20,880 nt of DNA, taken from IMG/VR virus record IMGVR_UViG_3300029080_000072; one strand, 5' to 3'. This stretch comes from a virus (Duplodnaviria; Heunggongvirae; Uroviricota; Caudoviricetes). A program made the translations under genes and the position numbers. The notes beneath the pieces are model-generated. The model was not told where the DNA came from, ran no database searches, and worked only from the letters and a program-made list of their open reading frames with translations. Positions 1 to 8,337 of this stretch are shown in pieces; positions within the stretch are counted from its first letter, which is position 1, and every line of letters begins with the position of its first letter.

Positions 1-522
1 TCCTGCGCTGGAAGACGCTGACTGAGCCGACGTCGCGGCCTGCCCGGCTGATGTGCTGGCTGCACGTGCTGAGCCTGTAGCATCAGTCGCATGGGTTGCC
101 GCCTCACGGGCTGATGTGCCGGCATCGCTGGCTGACTTCTTCGCGGCTGCCGTGTCCTGTGCCACTGCGGACGCGTTACGCGCCACCTCTTCCACCATCA
201 GTTCAAAGCGGCGCAGTGCCTCCGGACGGGCATCATCCTCCGTCATGGCACCGAGAAAATCATTCAGCGTACCCGGTTGTGAGTCTTCATACACGGTGAT
301 GGTCCCGGCATGCGATGGCGGGAAGCCTTCCACCAACAGAATAACGCTGTACTGACCGTACTCAACGTCCATGCTGTAACGCCCTGCTTCATCCGGATTT
401 TCAGATGCCACCGTGTTCACCACCACCGTGGTGCTGTTACGTTTTGCTTTCAGCTGGATTGTGCAGTTCTGTACTGGTTTACCTGCACCGTCTTTCAGTA
501 CACCTGAAATCTTTACTGCCAT
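1..522 (-). CDS. stf: Side tail fibre protein Stf, N-terminal 174 codons. The gene continues past the window start.
   Basis: My own translation from ATG at 522..520 gives MAVKISGVLKDGAGKPVQNCTIQLKAKRNSTTVVVNTVASENPDEAGRYSMDVEYGQYSVILLVEGFPPSHAGTITVYEDSQPGTLNDFL... This matches the remembered lambda Stf N-terminus. The frame stays open to position 1. Plus-strand ORFs 53..507 are antisense shadows. Confidence 0.85.
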   Translation of the reverse strand, partial: MAVKISGVLKDGAGKPVQNCTIQLKAKRNSTTVVVNTVASENPDEAGRYSMDVEYGQYSVILLVEGFPPSHAGTITVYEDSQPGTLNDFLGAMTEDDARPEALRRFELMVEEVARNASAVAQDTAAAKKSASDAGTSAREAATHATDATGSARAASTSAGQAATSAQSASSSAG

Positions 523-532
523 ATTCACCCCA

Positions 533-560
533 CAAAAAAGCCCGCCTGAACCGGCGGGCT
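533..560 (-). terminator. Rho-independent terminator downstream of lom
   Basis: On the minus strand, AGCCCGCC-loop-GGCGGGCT (8-bp GC stem, 539..560) is followed by TTTTTT (plus-strand A-run 534..539). Confidence 0.7.
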
Positions 561-586
561 GTCATAACACTGTGTTACCTGGCTAA

Positions 587-1135
587 TCAGAACTTATAAC
601 CGACACCCACGATGAAACCGTCAGTGCGCCAGTCGCCACTGCCGGAGCCTTCATAAACAATATCAATGGCCACGGATTCGGTCGGGTTAAACTGCACGCC
701 AGCCCCCCACGCCAGAGACGTGTTGCTGCGGCGACCGTCATCACTTCCGGTCAGCACTTCGTGCGTTTTCCCCTTGTTGTCAGTTACGCGGAGATAATCC
801 CCGGAGAAAGTCGAAATACGGCTGTAAGCCACACCCGCCATCGCATACGCGCTGAACCATTCATTCACGCGCACAGACGGCCCCGCCATCACGCTGAACC
901 AGCGGTTACGCACGGAATCTTCATGCCAGCGGGTATCGCTGTAATGAGTCAGCTGGCGATTCTTGTCTTCTGCATAGCTGAATGACGTCACCATCCCCAG
1001 CGTGTCCGTAAACTCATAACGGTATTTCACGTTAATCCCGTTAAGATCATCGCTGCCGGGAACGTTCGTCGAGGCATGAAGATACCCCGCGCTCAGCGTG
1101 GACTGATGTTCAGACGCCCATGCAGGCGCACCGGA
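587..1135 (-). pseudogene. lom: 5'-truncated lom (Lom/Ail/PagC-family outer-membrane protein). It lacks the start codon and the first part of the signal peptide.
   Basis: The frame reads ...LSGAPAWA|SEHQSTLSAGYLHASTNVPGSDDLNGINVKYRYEFTD...DWRTDGFIVGVGYKF*. The C-terminus is identical in style to lambda Lom. Homology starts abruptly at ~1135, inside the signal peptide. The tracked 147-aa ORF (587..1030) is only an internal-Met piece. Confidence 0.85.
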
Positions 1136-1380
1136 TAACCGACACGGGCAGACTTCACCACATTCACCTCACGGATGTAGTCGCTGCCCATCGCATTCAT
1201 GATGGCCCGCTGAAAGGGCAGTGTTTCCCAGCGCCCTTCCTGGTATGCGGATTCTTTCGGGAGATAGTAATTAGCATCCGCCCATTCAACGGCAGTCTGT
1301 GGCTCCGGCCTGAACAGTGAGCGAAGCCCGGCGCGGACAAAATGCCGCAGCATGTTAACCTGACTGTTCGATATATTCAC
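1093..1380 (-). pseudogene. A: Terminase large subunit (lambda gpA) remnant. The first 82 codons run out of frame into lom sequence.
   Basis: MNISNSQVNMLRHFVRAGLRSLFRPEPQTAVEWADANYYLPKESAYQEGRWETLPFQRAIMNAMGSDYIREVNVVKSARVGY matches the remembered lambda A N-terminus. After GY (1137..1135) it reads PVRLHGRLNISPR*, which is the lom signal-peptide DNA in another frame. Confidence 0.88.
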
Positions 1381-1900
1381 TCAGCAACCCCGGTATCAGT
1401 TCATCCAGCGCGGCTGCTTTGTTCATGGCTTTGATGATATCCCGTTTCAGGAAATCAACATGTCGGTTTTCCAGTTCCGGAAAACGCCGCTGCACCGACA
1501 GGGGGATCCCGTCGAGAATACTGGCAATTTCACCTGCAATCCGCGACAGCACGAAAGAACAGAATGCGGTTTCCACCACTTCAGCGGAGTCTCTGGCATT
1601 TTTCAGCTCCTGTGCGTCGGCCTGCGCACGCGTAAGTCGATGGCGTTCGTACTCAATAGTCCCTGGCTGGAGATCTGTCTCGCTGGCCTGTCGCAGTTCT
1701 TCAACCTCCCGGCGCAGCTTTTCGTTCTCAATTTCAGCATCCCTTTCGGTATACCATTTTATGACGGCGGCAGAGTCATAAAGCACCTCATTACCCTTCC
1801 CACCGCCTCGCAGAACGGGCATTCCCTGCTCCTGCCAGTTCTGAATGGTACGGATACTCGCACCGAAAATGTCAGCCAGCTGCTTTTTGTTGACTTCCAT
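1355..1900 (-). CDS. nu1: Terminase small subunit Nu1 (Noh-type)
   Basis: 181 aa: MEVNKKQLADIFGASIRTIQNWQEQGMPVLRGGGKGNEVLYDSAAVIKWY... This is lambda Nu1-like. It overlaps the A' start by 26 nt as in lambda and lies ~190 bp from cosN. Confidence 0.92.
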   Translation of the reverse strand: MEVNKKQLADIFGASIRTIQNWQEQGMPVLRGGGKGNEVLYDSAAVIKWYTERDAEIENEKLRREVEELRQASETDLQPGTIEYERHRLTRAQADAQELKNARDSAEVVETAFCSFVLSRIAGEIASILDGIPLSVQRRFPELENRHVDFLKRDIIKAMNKAAALDELIPGLLSEYIEQSG

Positions 1901-2125
1901 TGTTCATTCCACGGACAAAAACAGAGAAAGGAAACGACAGAGGCCAAAAAGCCCGTTTTCAGCACCTGTCGCTTCCTTTCTTTTCAGAGGGTATTTTAAA
2001 TAAAAACATTAAGTTATGACGAAGAAGAACGGAAACGCCTTAAACCGGAAAATTTTCATAAATAGCGAAAACCCGCGAGGTCGCCGCCCCGTAACCTGTC
2101 GGATCGCCGGAAAGGACCCGCAAAA
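1901..2125 (-). other. cos: cos site: cosB, cosN (12-nt cohesive end at 2078..2089) and the cosQ side
   Basis: The reverse complement of 2071..2100 reads ...ACAGGTTACG|GGGCGGCGACCT|CGCGGGT. This is the lambda right end joined to the left end. The downstream sequence up to nu1 matches the remembered lambda left-end leader. Confidence 0.85.
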
Positions 2126-2288
2126 TGATAATAATTATCATCTACATGTCACAACGTGCATCTACGTCATCAAACCACGTCAAATAATCAATTATGACGC
2201 AGGTATCGTATTAATTGATCTGCATCAACTTAACGTAAAAACAACTTCAGACAATACAAATCAGCGACACTGAATACGGGGCAACCTC

Positions 2289-2483
2289 ATGTCAACTAAG
2301 AACAGAACCCGCAGAACAACAACCCGCAACATCCGCTTTCCTAACCAAATGATTGAACAAATTAACATCGCTCTTGAGCAAAAAGGGTCTGGGAATTTCT
2401 CAGCCTGGGTCATTGAAGCCTGCCGTCGGAGACTAACGTCAGAAAAGAGAGCATATACATCAATCCAAAGTGATGATGAATAA
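2289..2483 (+). CDS. ylcI: YlcI-like small protein (DUF3950 family)
   Basis: 64 aa: MSTKNRTRRTTTRNIRFPNQMIEQINIALEQKGSGNFSAWVIEACRRRL... This matches remembered DLP12 YlcI. Its position between cos/nu1 and bor is the same as in DLP12. Confidence 0.7.
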   Translation: MSTKNRTRRTTTRNIRFPNQMIEQINIALEQKGSGNFSAWVIEACRRRLTSEKRAYTSIQSDDE

Positions 2484-2848
2484 ACATCCCGGTTTCTTCC
2501 ACCATCGCACCGGAAAAGCGACTATGAGGGTAACCCTGCGTCTGTCAGCACAGTAAAACCCGGTGTGCATCGTTTTTGATTATTCCCGCACACTCACGCA
2601 GAAGGAATTCCCCGTCGGGCTACGGTCATGGTTAATGCGGGAATACGGCGACGATACAGCGCAGCTAAAAGGGTAATGGACAGATAGAGCGGTTTATTTC
2701 ATTCCACAGGATTCTGAGTGCCCCCCTCCTCCAATAGGCTGAGCATCCACCTATATAGTTTTAGTTTTAATTTTCATCAATCCATTTAACTATCGTTTAA
2801 TTGTTGTCACATAGGATTCTGCCGTTTTTAACAATGCAGGATAATAAG

Positions 2849-3142
2849 ATGAAAAAAATGTTGTTTTCTGCCGCTCTGGCAATGCTTATTACAGGATGTG
2901 CTCAACAGACGTTTACTGTTGGAAACAAACCGACAGCAGTAACACCAAAGGAAACCATCACCCATCATTTCTTCGTTTCGGGAATTGGACAGGAGAAAAC
3001 TGTTGATGCAGCCAAAATTTGTGGCGGCGCAGAAAATGTTGTTAAAACAGAAACCCAGCAAACATTCGTAAATGGATTGCTCGGTTTTATTACTTTAGGC
3101 ATTTATACTCCGCTGGAAGCGCGGGTGTATTGCTCACAATAA
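2849..3142 (+). CDS. bor: Bor lipoprotein (serum-resistance moron)
   Basis: MKKMLFSAALAMLITGCAQQTFTV...GIYTPLEARVYCSQ has a lipobox LITGC and is near-identical to lambda Bor. I chose ATG 2849; the tracked start at 2801 is a non-ATG upstream extension. Confidence 0.92.
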   Translation: MKKMLFSAALAMLITGCAQQTFTVGNKPTAVTPKETITHHFFVSGIGQEKTVDAAKICGGAENVVKTETQQTFVNGLLGFITLGIYTPLEARVYCSQ

Positions 3143-3173
3143 TTGCATGAGTTGCCCATCGACATGGGCAGCT

Positions 3174-3635
3174 CTATCTGCACTGCTCATTAATATACTT
3201 CTGGGTTCCTTCCAGTTGTTTTTGCATAGTGATCAGCCTCTCTCTGAGGGTGAAATAATCCCGTTCAGCGGTGTCTGCCAGTCGGGGGGAGGCTGCATTA
3301 TCCACGCCGGAGGCGGTGGTGGCTTCACGCACTGACTGACAGACTGCTTTGATGTGCAACCGACGACGACCAGCGGCAACACCATCACGCAGAGCATCAT
3401 TTTCAGCTTTCGCATTAGCTAACTCCTTCGTGTATTTTTCATCCAGTGCAGCAACATCACGCTGGCGCATCTGCATGTCAGTAATTGCCGCGTTCGCCAG
3501 CTTCAGTTCTCTGGCATTTTTGTCGCGCTGGGCTTTGTAGGTAATGGCGTTATCACGGTAATGATTAACAGCCCATGACAGGCAGACGATGATGCAGATA
3601 ACCAGAGCGGAGATAATCGCGGTTACTCTGTTCAT
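3174..3635 (-). CDS. Rz: Rz i-spanin
   Basis: [55 protein letters not shown]... is lambda Rz-like. ATG 3635 overlaps the endolysin stop (ATGA). Confidence 0.92.
   Translation of the reverse strand: MNRVTAIISALVICIIVCLSWAVNHYRDNAITYKAQRDKNARELKLANAAITDMQMRQRDVAALDEKYTKELANAKAENDALRDGVAAGRRRLHIKAVCQSVREATTASGVDNAASPRLADTAERDYFTLRERLITMQKQLEGTQKYINEQCR
3233..3415 (-). CDS. Rz1: Rz1 o-spanin lipoprotein, embedded in Rz in the +1 frame
   Basis: [60 protein letters not shown] has a lipobox VVGC and a Pro-rich region, as in lambda Rz1. Confidence 0.92.
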   Translation of the reverse strand: MRKLKMMLCVMVLPLVVVGCTSKQSVSQCVKPPPPPAWIMQPPPDWQTPLNGIISPSERG

Positions 3636-4129
3636 TGCTGACCCCACAAACAGATTTCACGCTCAATCTCACGACGAGTCATGAGACCTTTCCATTGCTT
3701 ACCGCCAGCATATGTCCAGCGACGTAGCTGATCACATGCGCCTTTGATATCGCCCTGGTTTATTTTGCGAAGAAGCGTCGATGTTCTGAAATTGCCAGCG
3801 CCCACGTTGTAAACGAACGAGTAAAGAGCGCCGCGCGTTGTTTCCGGTATATCAACTTTTATGTACGGGTTAATTTGTCTGGCGACCGTGGCAAGGTCTT
3901 TATTCAGGAGGGCTTTGCATTCTGCTTTGGTATACGTTTTACCGAGCATGATGTCTTTTCCTGTATGCCCGTGACATACAGTCCATACACCAACAATATC
4001 TTTGTATGGTATGTAGCTGACACCTTCCAGACCATCGTTACCACTTGGGCCAGTGATTAACACTGATGCTATAGCAATTGCTCCGCCACCAATAGCAGCA
4101 GCAACGGCTTTTCGTAATGATGGAGGCAT
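3632..4129 (-). CDS. rrrD: Phage-21-type SAR endolysin (T4-lysozyme-like muramidase)
   Basis: 165 aa with an N-terminal signal-anchor-release segment ([20 protein letters not shown]). The E-D-T catalytic region is [24 protein letters not shown]. It matches remembered R21/RrrD. Confidence 0.9.
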   Translation of the reverse strand: MPPSLRKAVAAAIGGGAIAIASVLITGPSGNDGLEGVSYIPYKDIVGVWTVCHGHTGKDIMLGKTYTKAECKALLNKDLATVARQINPYIKVDIPETTRGALYSFVYNVGAGNFRTSTLLRKINQGDIKGACDQLRRWTYAGGKQWKGLMTRREIEREICLWGQQ

Positions 4130-4344
4130 TATTCACCTCTCGCAGCCTTGCGCTTATCTTCTTTAATCTTGAAATAAAGGTTTGTCAGGTACGTCAGCAG
4201 GCCAAATACCAGGCTACCCAGCACACCTATTGCTGCCCACTGTGAGGGCGTGACTTTATCGAGCAGCTGTAAAAACCAGTAACCGGCACTACCTGCTGAG
4301 GTGCCATAGGCGACACCCGTTGTTAACTTATCCATGGATTTCAT
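4129..4344 (-). CDS. essD: Class II pinholin (S21-type) with dual-start motif MKSM
   Basis: [71 protein letters not shown] has two TM segments. The RBS GAGGTGGGG lies upstream of ATG 4344. Its stop overlaps the endolysin start. The tracked 4389 start is an upstream extension. Confidence 0.85.
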
Positions 4345-4842
4345 AACCCCACCTCGCAGACAAAGCGGGTGTAAATTGAGGGAATACAACGTATCGCAAA
4401 AAAGCAGAAACGTAACAGACTCGGAGTCAGTGAATAACTCAGGTATTGAGTTATCAGCTAATATCGAGACTCAAAAAATGGAAAAACCAGCTCGACGGCG
4501 GGTTTAAGCTGTGTGACGAAGTAACCACTCTTAACAGCATAACCAATTTTTTACGTACGTAAACCACTGAATGATATTTATGAGAATGCTACCGAGTGTT
4601 CAAAACACCACCACAAATACATAAGAAAACCTCAACAAATAACCAATAAATAATTTCAGACGTTATTTTTAGTTGATTTAAATTAAACTGCCGAATTATA
4701 GAACCTCCATAAATAACAACCATTAATATAAATTAGCTAATAGGTTTATTTTTGTTCAAATAAGAGCCATAAATAGGTTTCGATAGAAAAAGTTCAGATA
4801 AAAATAGAGATCTACTTCACAAATTAAATGAGAAACTAAAAC

Positions 4843-4862
4843 TTACATCTTGAAATAATCAC
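4843..4862 (+). promoter_or_regulatory. Possible OmpR-box-like element in the porin upstream region
   Basis: TTACATCTTGAAATAATCAC resembles the remembered ompC C1 box TTTACATTTTGAAACATCTA. It lies ~75-90 bp upstream of the porin ATG within a 540-bp AT-rich ORF-free region. Confidence 0.25.
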
Positions 4863-4932
4863 ATTGATTAGATGAATATTTATCGCGCAGTGACATCATT
4901 TTTTAATAATAGTTCAAAAAAAAGGGCTCACG

Positions 4933-6015
4933 ATGAAAAAATTAACAGTGGCAATTTCTGCTGTAGCTGCATCAGTACTGATGGCGATGTCTGCTCAGGC
5001 AGCTGAAATTTATAATAAAGACAGTAACAAGCTGGATCTATATGGGAAAGTTAATGCCAAGCACTACTTCTCCTCTAATGATGCAGATGATGGTGATACT
5101 ACTTATGCCCGTCTTGGCTTCAAAGGTGAAACCCAAATCAACGATCAACTGACTGGTTTCGGTCAGTGGGAATATGAATTCAAAGGCAACCGCGCTGAAT
5201 CTCAAGGCTCCTCCAAAGACAAAACCCGTCTTGCATTTGCAGGCCTGAAATTCGGGGACTACGGCTCAATCGATTACGGCCGTAACTACGGTGTAGCATA
5301 TGACATCGGTGCGTGGACTGACGTTCTGCCAGAATTCGGTGGCGATACCTGGACCCAAACAGATGTGTTCATGACTGGTCGCACCACTGGTGTTGCAACT
5401 TATCGTAACAACGACTTCTTTGGTCTGGTTGATGGTCTGAACTTTGCTGCTCAGTATCAGGGTAAAAATGACCGCACTGACGTAACTGAAGCTAATGGTG
5501 ATGGTTTCGGTTTCTCCACTACTTATGAGTATGAAGGATTCGGTGTAGGTGCAACCTATGCTAAATCTGACCGCACTAATAATCAGGTTATCTACGGTAA
5601 CAACAGCCTGAATGCATCTGGTCAAAATGCTGAAGTATGGGCAGCTGGTCTGAAATATGATGCGAACAACATCTATCTGGCTACCACCTATTCTGAAACC
5701 CAGAACATGACTGTTTTTGGTAATAACCATATTGCCAACAAAGCACAAAACTTCGAAGTAGTTGCACAATATCAGTTCGACTTCGGTCTGCGTCCGTCCG
5801 TTGCTTACCTGCAATCTAAAGGAAAAGACTTGGGTGCGTGGGGTGATCAGGACCTGGTTGAATATATTGATGTAGGTGCAACCTATTACTTCAACAAAAA
5901 TATGTCCACTTTTGTTGATTACAAAATCAACCTGATTGATAAGAGCGATTTCACGAAAGCATCTGGCGTTGCTACCGATGATATCGTTGCTGTAGGTATG
6001 GTTTACCAGTTCTAA
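4933..6015 (+). CDS. nmpC: General-diffusion porin of the NmpC/Lc/OmpD type. It is an intact moron, antisense to the late operon.
   Basis: 360 aa with signal peptide [23 protein letters not shown]|AEIYNKD. Porin hallmarks are [36 protein letters not shown] and the terminal ...VAVGMVYQF. It sits between Q and the holin, opposite in orientation, as nmpC does in DLP12. Confidence 0.92.
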   Translation: MKKLTVAISAVAASVLMAMSAQAAEIYNKDSNKLDLYGKVNAKHYFSSNDADDGDTTYARLGFKGETQINDQLTGFGQWEYEFKGNRAESQGSSKDKTRLAFAGLKFGDYGSIDYGRNYGVAYDIGAWTDVLPEFGGDTWTQTDVFMTGRTTGVATYRNNDFFGLVDGLNFAAQYQGKNDRTDVTEANGDGFGFSTTYEYEGFGVGATYAKSDRTNNQVIYGNNSLNASGQNAEVWAAGLKYDANNIYLATTYSETQNMTVFGNNHIANKAQNFEVVAQYQFDFGLRPSVAYLQSKGKDLGAWGDQDLVEYIDVGATYYFNKNMSTFVDYKINLIDKSDFTKASGVATDDIVAVGMVYQF

Positions 6016-6176
6016 TTTGATTACTAAAAGATATGTTGCGGGAGGCTTTGCCTCCCCAACATATAAGTGGCTCCCTCAAGCCACTTCCTTTAGGAGCACA
6101 ACCTTGCTTCTAACTATATAAACCTTCTGTTATATATTACCCTTTATTTTTGGGGGCGTTGCAACGCCCCATTTTT
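6016..6176 (+). ncRNA. ipeX: IpeX-like sRNA region immediately 3' of the porin gene
   Basis: The ~160-nt ORF-free segment after the porin stop has an internal imperfect hairpin (~6031..6065) and ends in a strong terminator (6152..6176). From memory, the DLP12 IpeX sRNA (~167 nt) maps directly downstream of nmpC. I could not verify sequence identity. Confidence 0.4.
6152..6176 (+). terminator. Rho-independent terminator of the porin/IpeX-like transcript
   Basis: GGGGCG-TTGCAA-CGCCCC followed by ATTTTT. Confidence 0.75.
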
Positions 6177-6203
6177 AATAATTTTTAGTAAACAATTGGC
6201 ATA

Positions 6204-6587
6204 TTAATTAGAGTTATTAACAACGATATCCATCTCTAACCGGATATCTAATGCCATTAACATCCCTTCAATTATGCCCTCAGCCTTCTGTAACCTTTTC
6301 CCGATATAACCATCAGAGCAGCAATGCTTACCTGCCAGTGACATGAATGTCATACCGACTACATAATAATCTACTAATAAATCGTGCAAATCGCTGTTGT
6401 TCTTTTTCAGACGGGCCATGCACCCGCAAATAATCATCGCGTCATCGTCACAACATTGCGGGCGAGATTTTACTTTTGAAGTAATTAATCCCTTAAAACC
6501 GGCGGCAATGGACGACCAGGTCACATCTTCATGATTATTAGCCGCCCACGCTCCCCAACGCTCAAGAACCATCTGAATATCACGCAT
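6204..6587 (-). CDS. quuD: Late-gene antiterminator Q (phage-21/DLP12 QuuD type)
   Basis: [60 protein letters not shown]... matches remembered QuuD (127 aa). ATG 6587 is preceded by GGAG. Confidence 0.85.
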   Translation of the reverse strand: MRDIQMVLERWGAWAANNHEDVTWSSIAAGFKGLITSKVKSRPQCCDDDAMIICGCMARLKKNNSDLHDLLVDYYVVGMTFMSLAGKHCCSDGYIGKRLQKAEGIIEGMLMALDIRLEMDIVVNNSN

Positions 6588-6672
6588 CAACTTACTCCAC
6601 AAAAATCAGACCAGAACGCCAATTACAAGCAAAAATCAACAAAACAGTATTAGTTGATTGTTATCTCTGACT

Positions 6673-6813
6673 TCATACTCCTGCTCCTGTCAGGGTTTTG
6701 GCGTAATTCTTCAGTATTCGGTAATCGGTCAAAACAGAACCGGGGAAACGATATAAGCGCAGATGCCCCCAGCGGTGGCGAAGAAGTTCTGCCATATAAA
6801 ACTCAAACATCAT
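6673..6813 (-). CDS. ylcG: YlcG-like 46-aa protein (below the track's size cutoff)
   Basis: My own translation gives [46 protein letters not shown]. The start overlaps the rusA stop (gaATGAtg). It sits between rusA and Q, as in DLP12. Confidence 0.7.
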   Translation of the reverse strand: MMFEFYMAELLRHRWGHLRLYRFPGSVLTDYRILKNYAKTLTGAGV

Positions 6814-7172
6814 TCATTCCCCATTTCGGTGATGGTCAGTTCCAGCCTCCCACCTTTGGTAACAGGCATCTTCACAACGCGGTAATCAACGACCTGAGCA
6901 TCATCCAGCCAGAAACCTGCTTTGGTGAGTGCGTCAAAAGCGGCTTTTTGCAGATTATCCAGGTCACGGCGACGGCGATCCGGCATGTGGCACTCAATAC
7001 GGATTTTCACTGGCATAGCCAGGCCGATATCCAGCATTGCGTTTTTAATGATTCGGGTGACGTTATCGCGGTATGCCTGCCCTTCTGCGCTGATGTGCGT
7101 GCGCCCGCGATTATGGCGGTAATAGCGATTATTGCTCGGAGGCCAGGGTAATGTGATGCTGTAGGTATTCAC
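6810..7172 (-). CDS. rusA: Holliday-junction resolvase RusA
   Basis: 120 aa: [37 protein letters not shown]...[30 protein letters not shown]... This is near-identical to remembered K-12 RusA. A GTG start overlaps the ybcO stop. Confidence 0.93.
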   Translation of the reverse strand: MNTYSITLPWPPSNNRYYRHNRGRTHISAEGQAYRDNVTRIIKNAMLDIGLAMPVKIRIECHMPDRRRRDLDNLQKAAFDALTKAGFWLDDAQVVDYRVVKMPVTKGGRLELTITEMGNE

Positions 7173-7459
7173 GCCTTAATAACCCCCTCTTTCAGCCAGA
7201 TAACCTGTGTTCTCGCCATACCTTCCAGCGCGCATTCTTTTGCATATGCAGCATCGACAAAATGTGTGCGGCGGTCGATTTCGTCGTGGCAGGCAGAACA
7301 TGCAATGGTGGCAATCAGGTCTGGCGGTTTGATACCGGTACCGCACAATCCAGCCAGCCGGATATGTGCCAGTACAGACGTTTCAGAATTGCCATTACAT
7401 ACGCCAGGGATTCTTACCTGGCATTCCCGACCACGCGCTGCTTTTCTCAAATCAGCCAT
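7169..7459 (-). CDS. ybcO: YbcO (DUF1364) putative nuclease
   Basis: [64 protein letters not shown]... is 96 aa and matches remembered YbcO. ATG 7459 overlaps the ninE 3' end. Confidence 0.85.
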   Translation of the reverse strand: MADLRKAARGRECQVRIPGVCNGNSETSVLAHIRLAGLCGTGIKPPDLIATIACSACHDEIDRRTHFVDAAYAKECALEGMARTQVIWLKEGVIKA

Positions 7460-7622
7460 GATTCCTCCTTGCTGCCAGTCGCAACCATTTTTTATCAACC
7501 AGGCTGGCGGTATATCCGAGCAGAGTTGGTATTTCGGATGGCTTCAGCTCAGGTTTACGCTTACGACGATTTGGTACTTTGTAGATGTGTCCGTTCATGA
7601 CACGAATAAGCGGTGTAGCCAT
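7452..7622 (-). CDS. ninE: NinE
   Basis: [56 protein letters not shown] is 56 aa. There is a TAATG overlap with the ybcN stop. Confidence 0.85.
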   Translation of the reverse strand: MATPLIRVMNGHIYKVPNRRKRKPELKPSEIPTLLGYTASLVDKKWLRLAARRNHG

Positions 7623-8077
7623 TACGCCTCCTGCTTGTCGCGCAGCAGCTGGAACTCGCAGCGCTGCGGAATAGTCAGGTGGCAACCAATATTCATCGCC
7701 CAGGCTTCAACCTTACACAGGAAGACATACATCTCTCCGGTATCAAGATCGGAGGTATGGCGTAACGACTGGATAGTGGTGATATCACCGGTTACGACAT
7801 CAACCAGTTCTTTGGTTTCATAACCGAGATAAGTGTGTTTCAGAGCATCCTTCACCCACTCTGGCGTAGCGAAAGTCTTACCCCGGCTGATGAGGTATTC
7901 GCTGATTTCGGTGTACCACATGTGGCTTAAGCTATTTTGAGACAGGCTGCGCTTATCGCGCCATGGCTTCAGTACCATGCGGAAGCACTTGCCGTCCTCC
8001 AGATAAGGCTGGAGCTGCTGACCGATAGCGGTGAAGTTACCGCGATGAAGTTTGATGCCGTCTTGTGGGAGGTTCAC
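7622..8077 (-). CDS. ybcN: YbcN-family protein (NinB-position DNA base-flipping/recombination-associated protein)
   Basis: 151 aa: [55 protein letters not shown]... This matches remembered K-12 YbcN. It has a GTG start with a GGAGGTGA RBS. Confidence 0.85.
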   Translation of the reverse strand: MNLPQDGIKLHRGNFTAIGQQLQPYLEDGKCFRMVLKPWRDKRSLSQNSLSHMWYTEISEYLISRGKTFATPEWVKDALKHTYLGYETKELVDVVTGDITTIQSLRHTSDLDTGEMYVFLCKVEAWAMNIGCHLTIPQRCEFQLLRDKQEA

Positions 8078-8198
8078 GCTTCACCTCCGCAGAGGTCAAA
8101 CGCTGGATGCAAAAAATCGCAGGTGCATTTCTGCATCTGTGGCGGGAGAAGAGAGTTTAGATTGTATGTGCGCATAAACGTCCCCGTTTAGCGCAGAA

Positions 8199-8227
8199 GT
8201 CACCGGAGTTGTTCAGGCTCCGGTGAC
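8199..8227. other. Perfect 10-bp-stem hairpin in the ybcN-island intergenic region
   Basis: GTCACCGGAG-TTGTTCAGG-CTCCGGTGAC. No clear U-run follows on either strand, so it is not called as a terminator. Confidence 0.4.
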
Positions 8228-8337
8228 ATGATTATGGCTGGTTGATTATAGAAAATCAAAAACCTTTTATGGCAACAAAAAAACGCCGAGGGAGGTACGC
8301 CAGTTAATTTATGGAAGAAAATGCCCCAGATGGAACG

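Noticed and set aside
53-599. Four plus-strand ORFs of 64-100 aa (53..355, 96..299, 310..507, 405..599)
   Set aside because: They lie antisense to the clearly homologous stf reading frame. Their Ala/Arg/Pro-rich low-complexity translations are typical of shadow ORFs, and no RBS is evident.
2016-2273. 85-aa plus-strand ORF spanning the cos region
   Set aside because: It covers cosB/cosN/cosQ DNA that matches the non-coding lambda chromosome ends. There is no RBS, and the translation looks random.
2700-2825. Approximate direct repeat CACAGGATTCTG (about 2705..2716) and CACATAGGATTCTG (about 2808..2821) upstream of bor
   Set aside because: It is short, imperfect (a 2-nt indel) and has only two copies. 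This fits remnant ybcV/ybcW-region decay rather than a functional repeat.
5266-5814. 182-aa minus-strand ORF inside the porin gene
   Set aside because: It is antisense to a full-length porin with an unmistakable porin sequence. It is a shadow ORF.
6654-7151. 165-aa plus-strand ORF (and 6922..7122) opposite ylcG and rusA
   Set aside because: The opposite strand encodes near-identical RusA and YlcG. No independent support exists.
7262-7823. 112-aa and 185-aa plus-strand ORFs across ybcO, ninE and ybcN
   Set aside because: They are antisense shadows of three recognised, tightly overlapping minus-strand genes.
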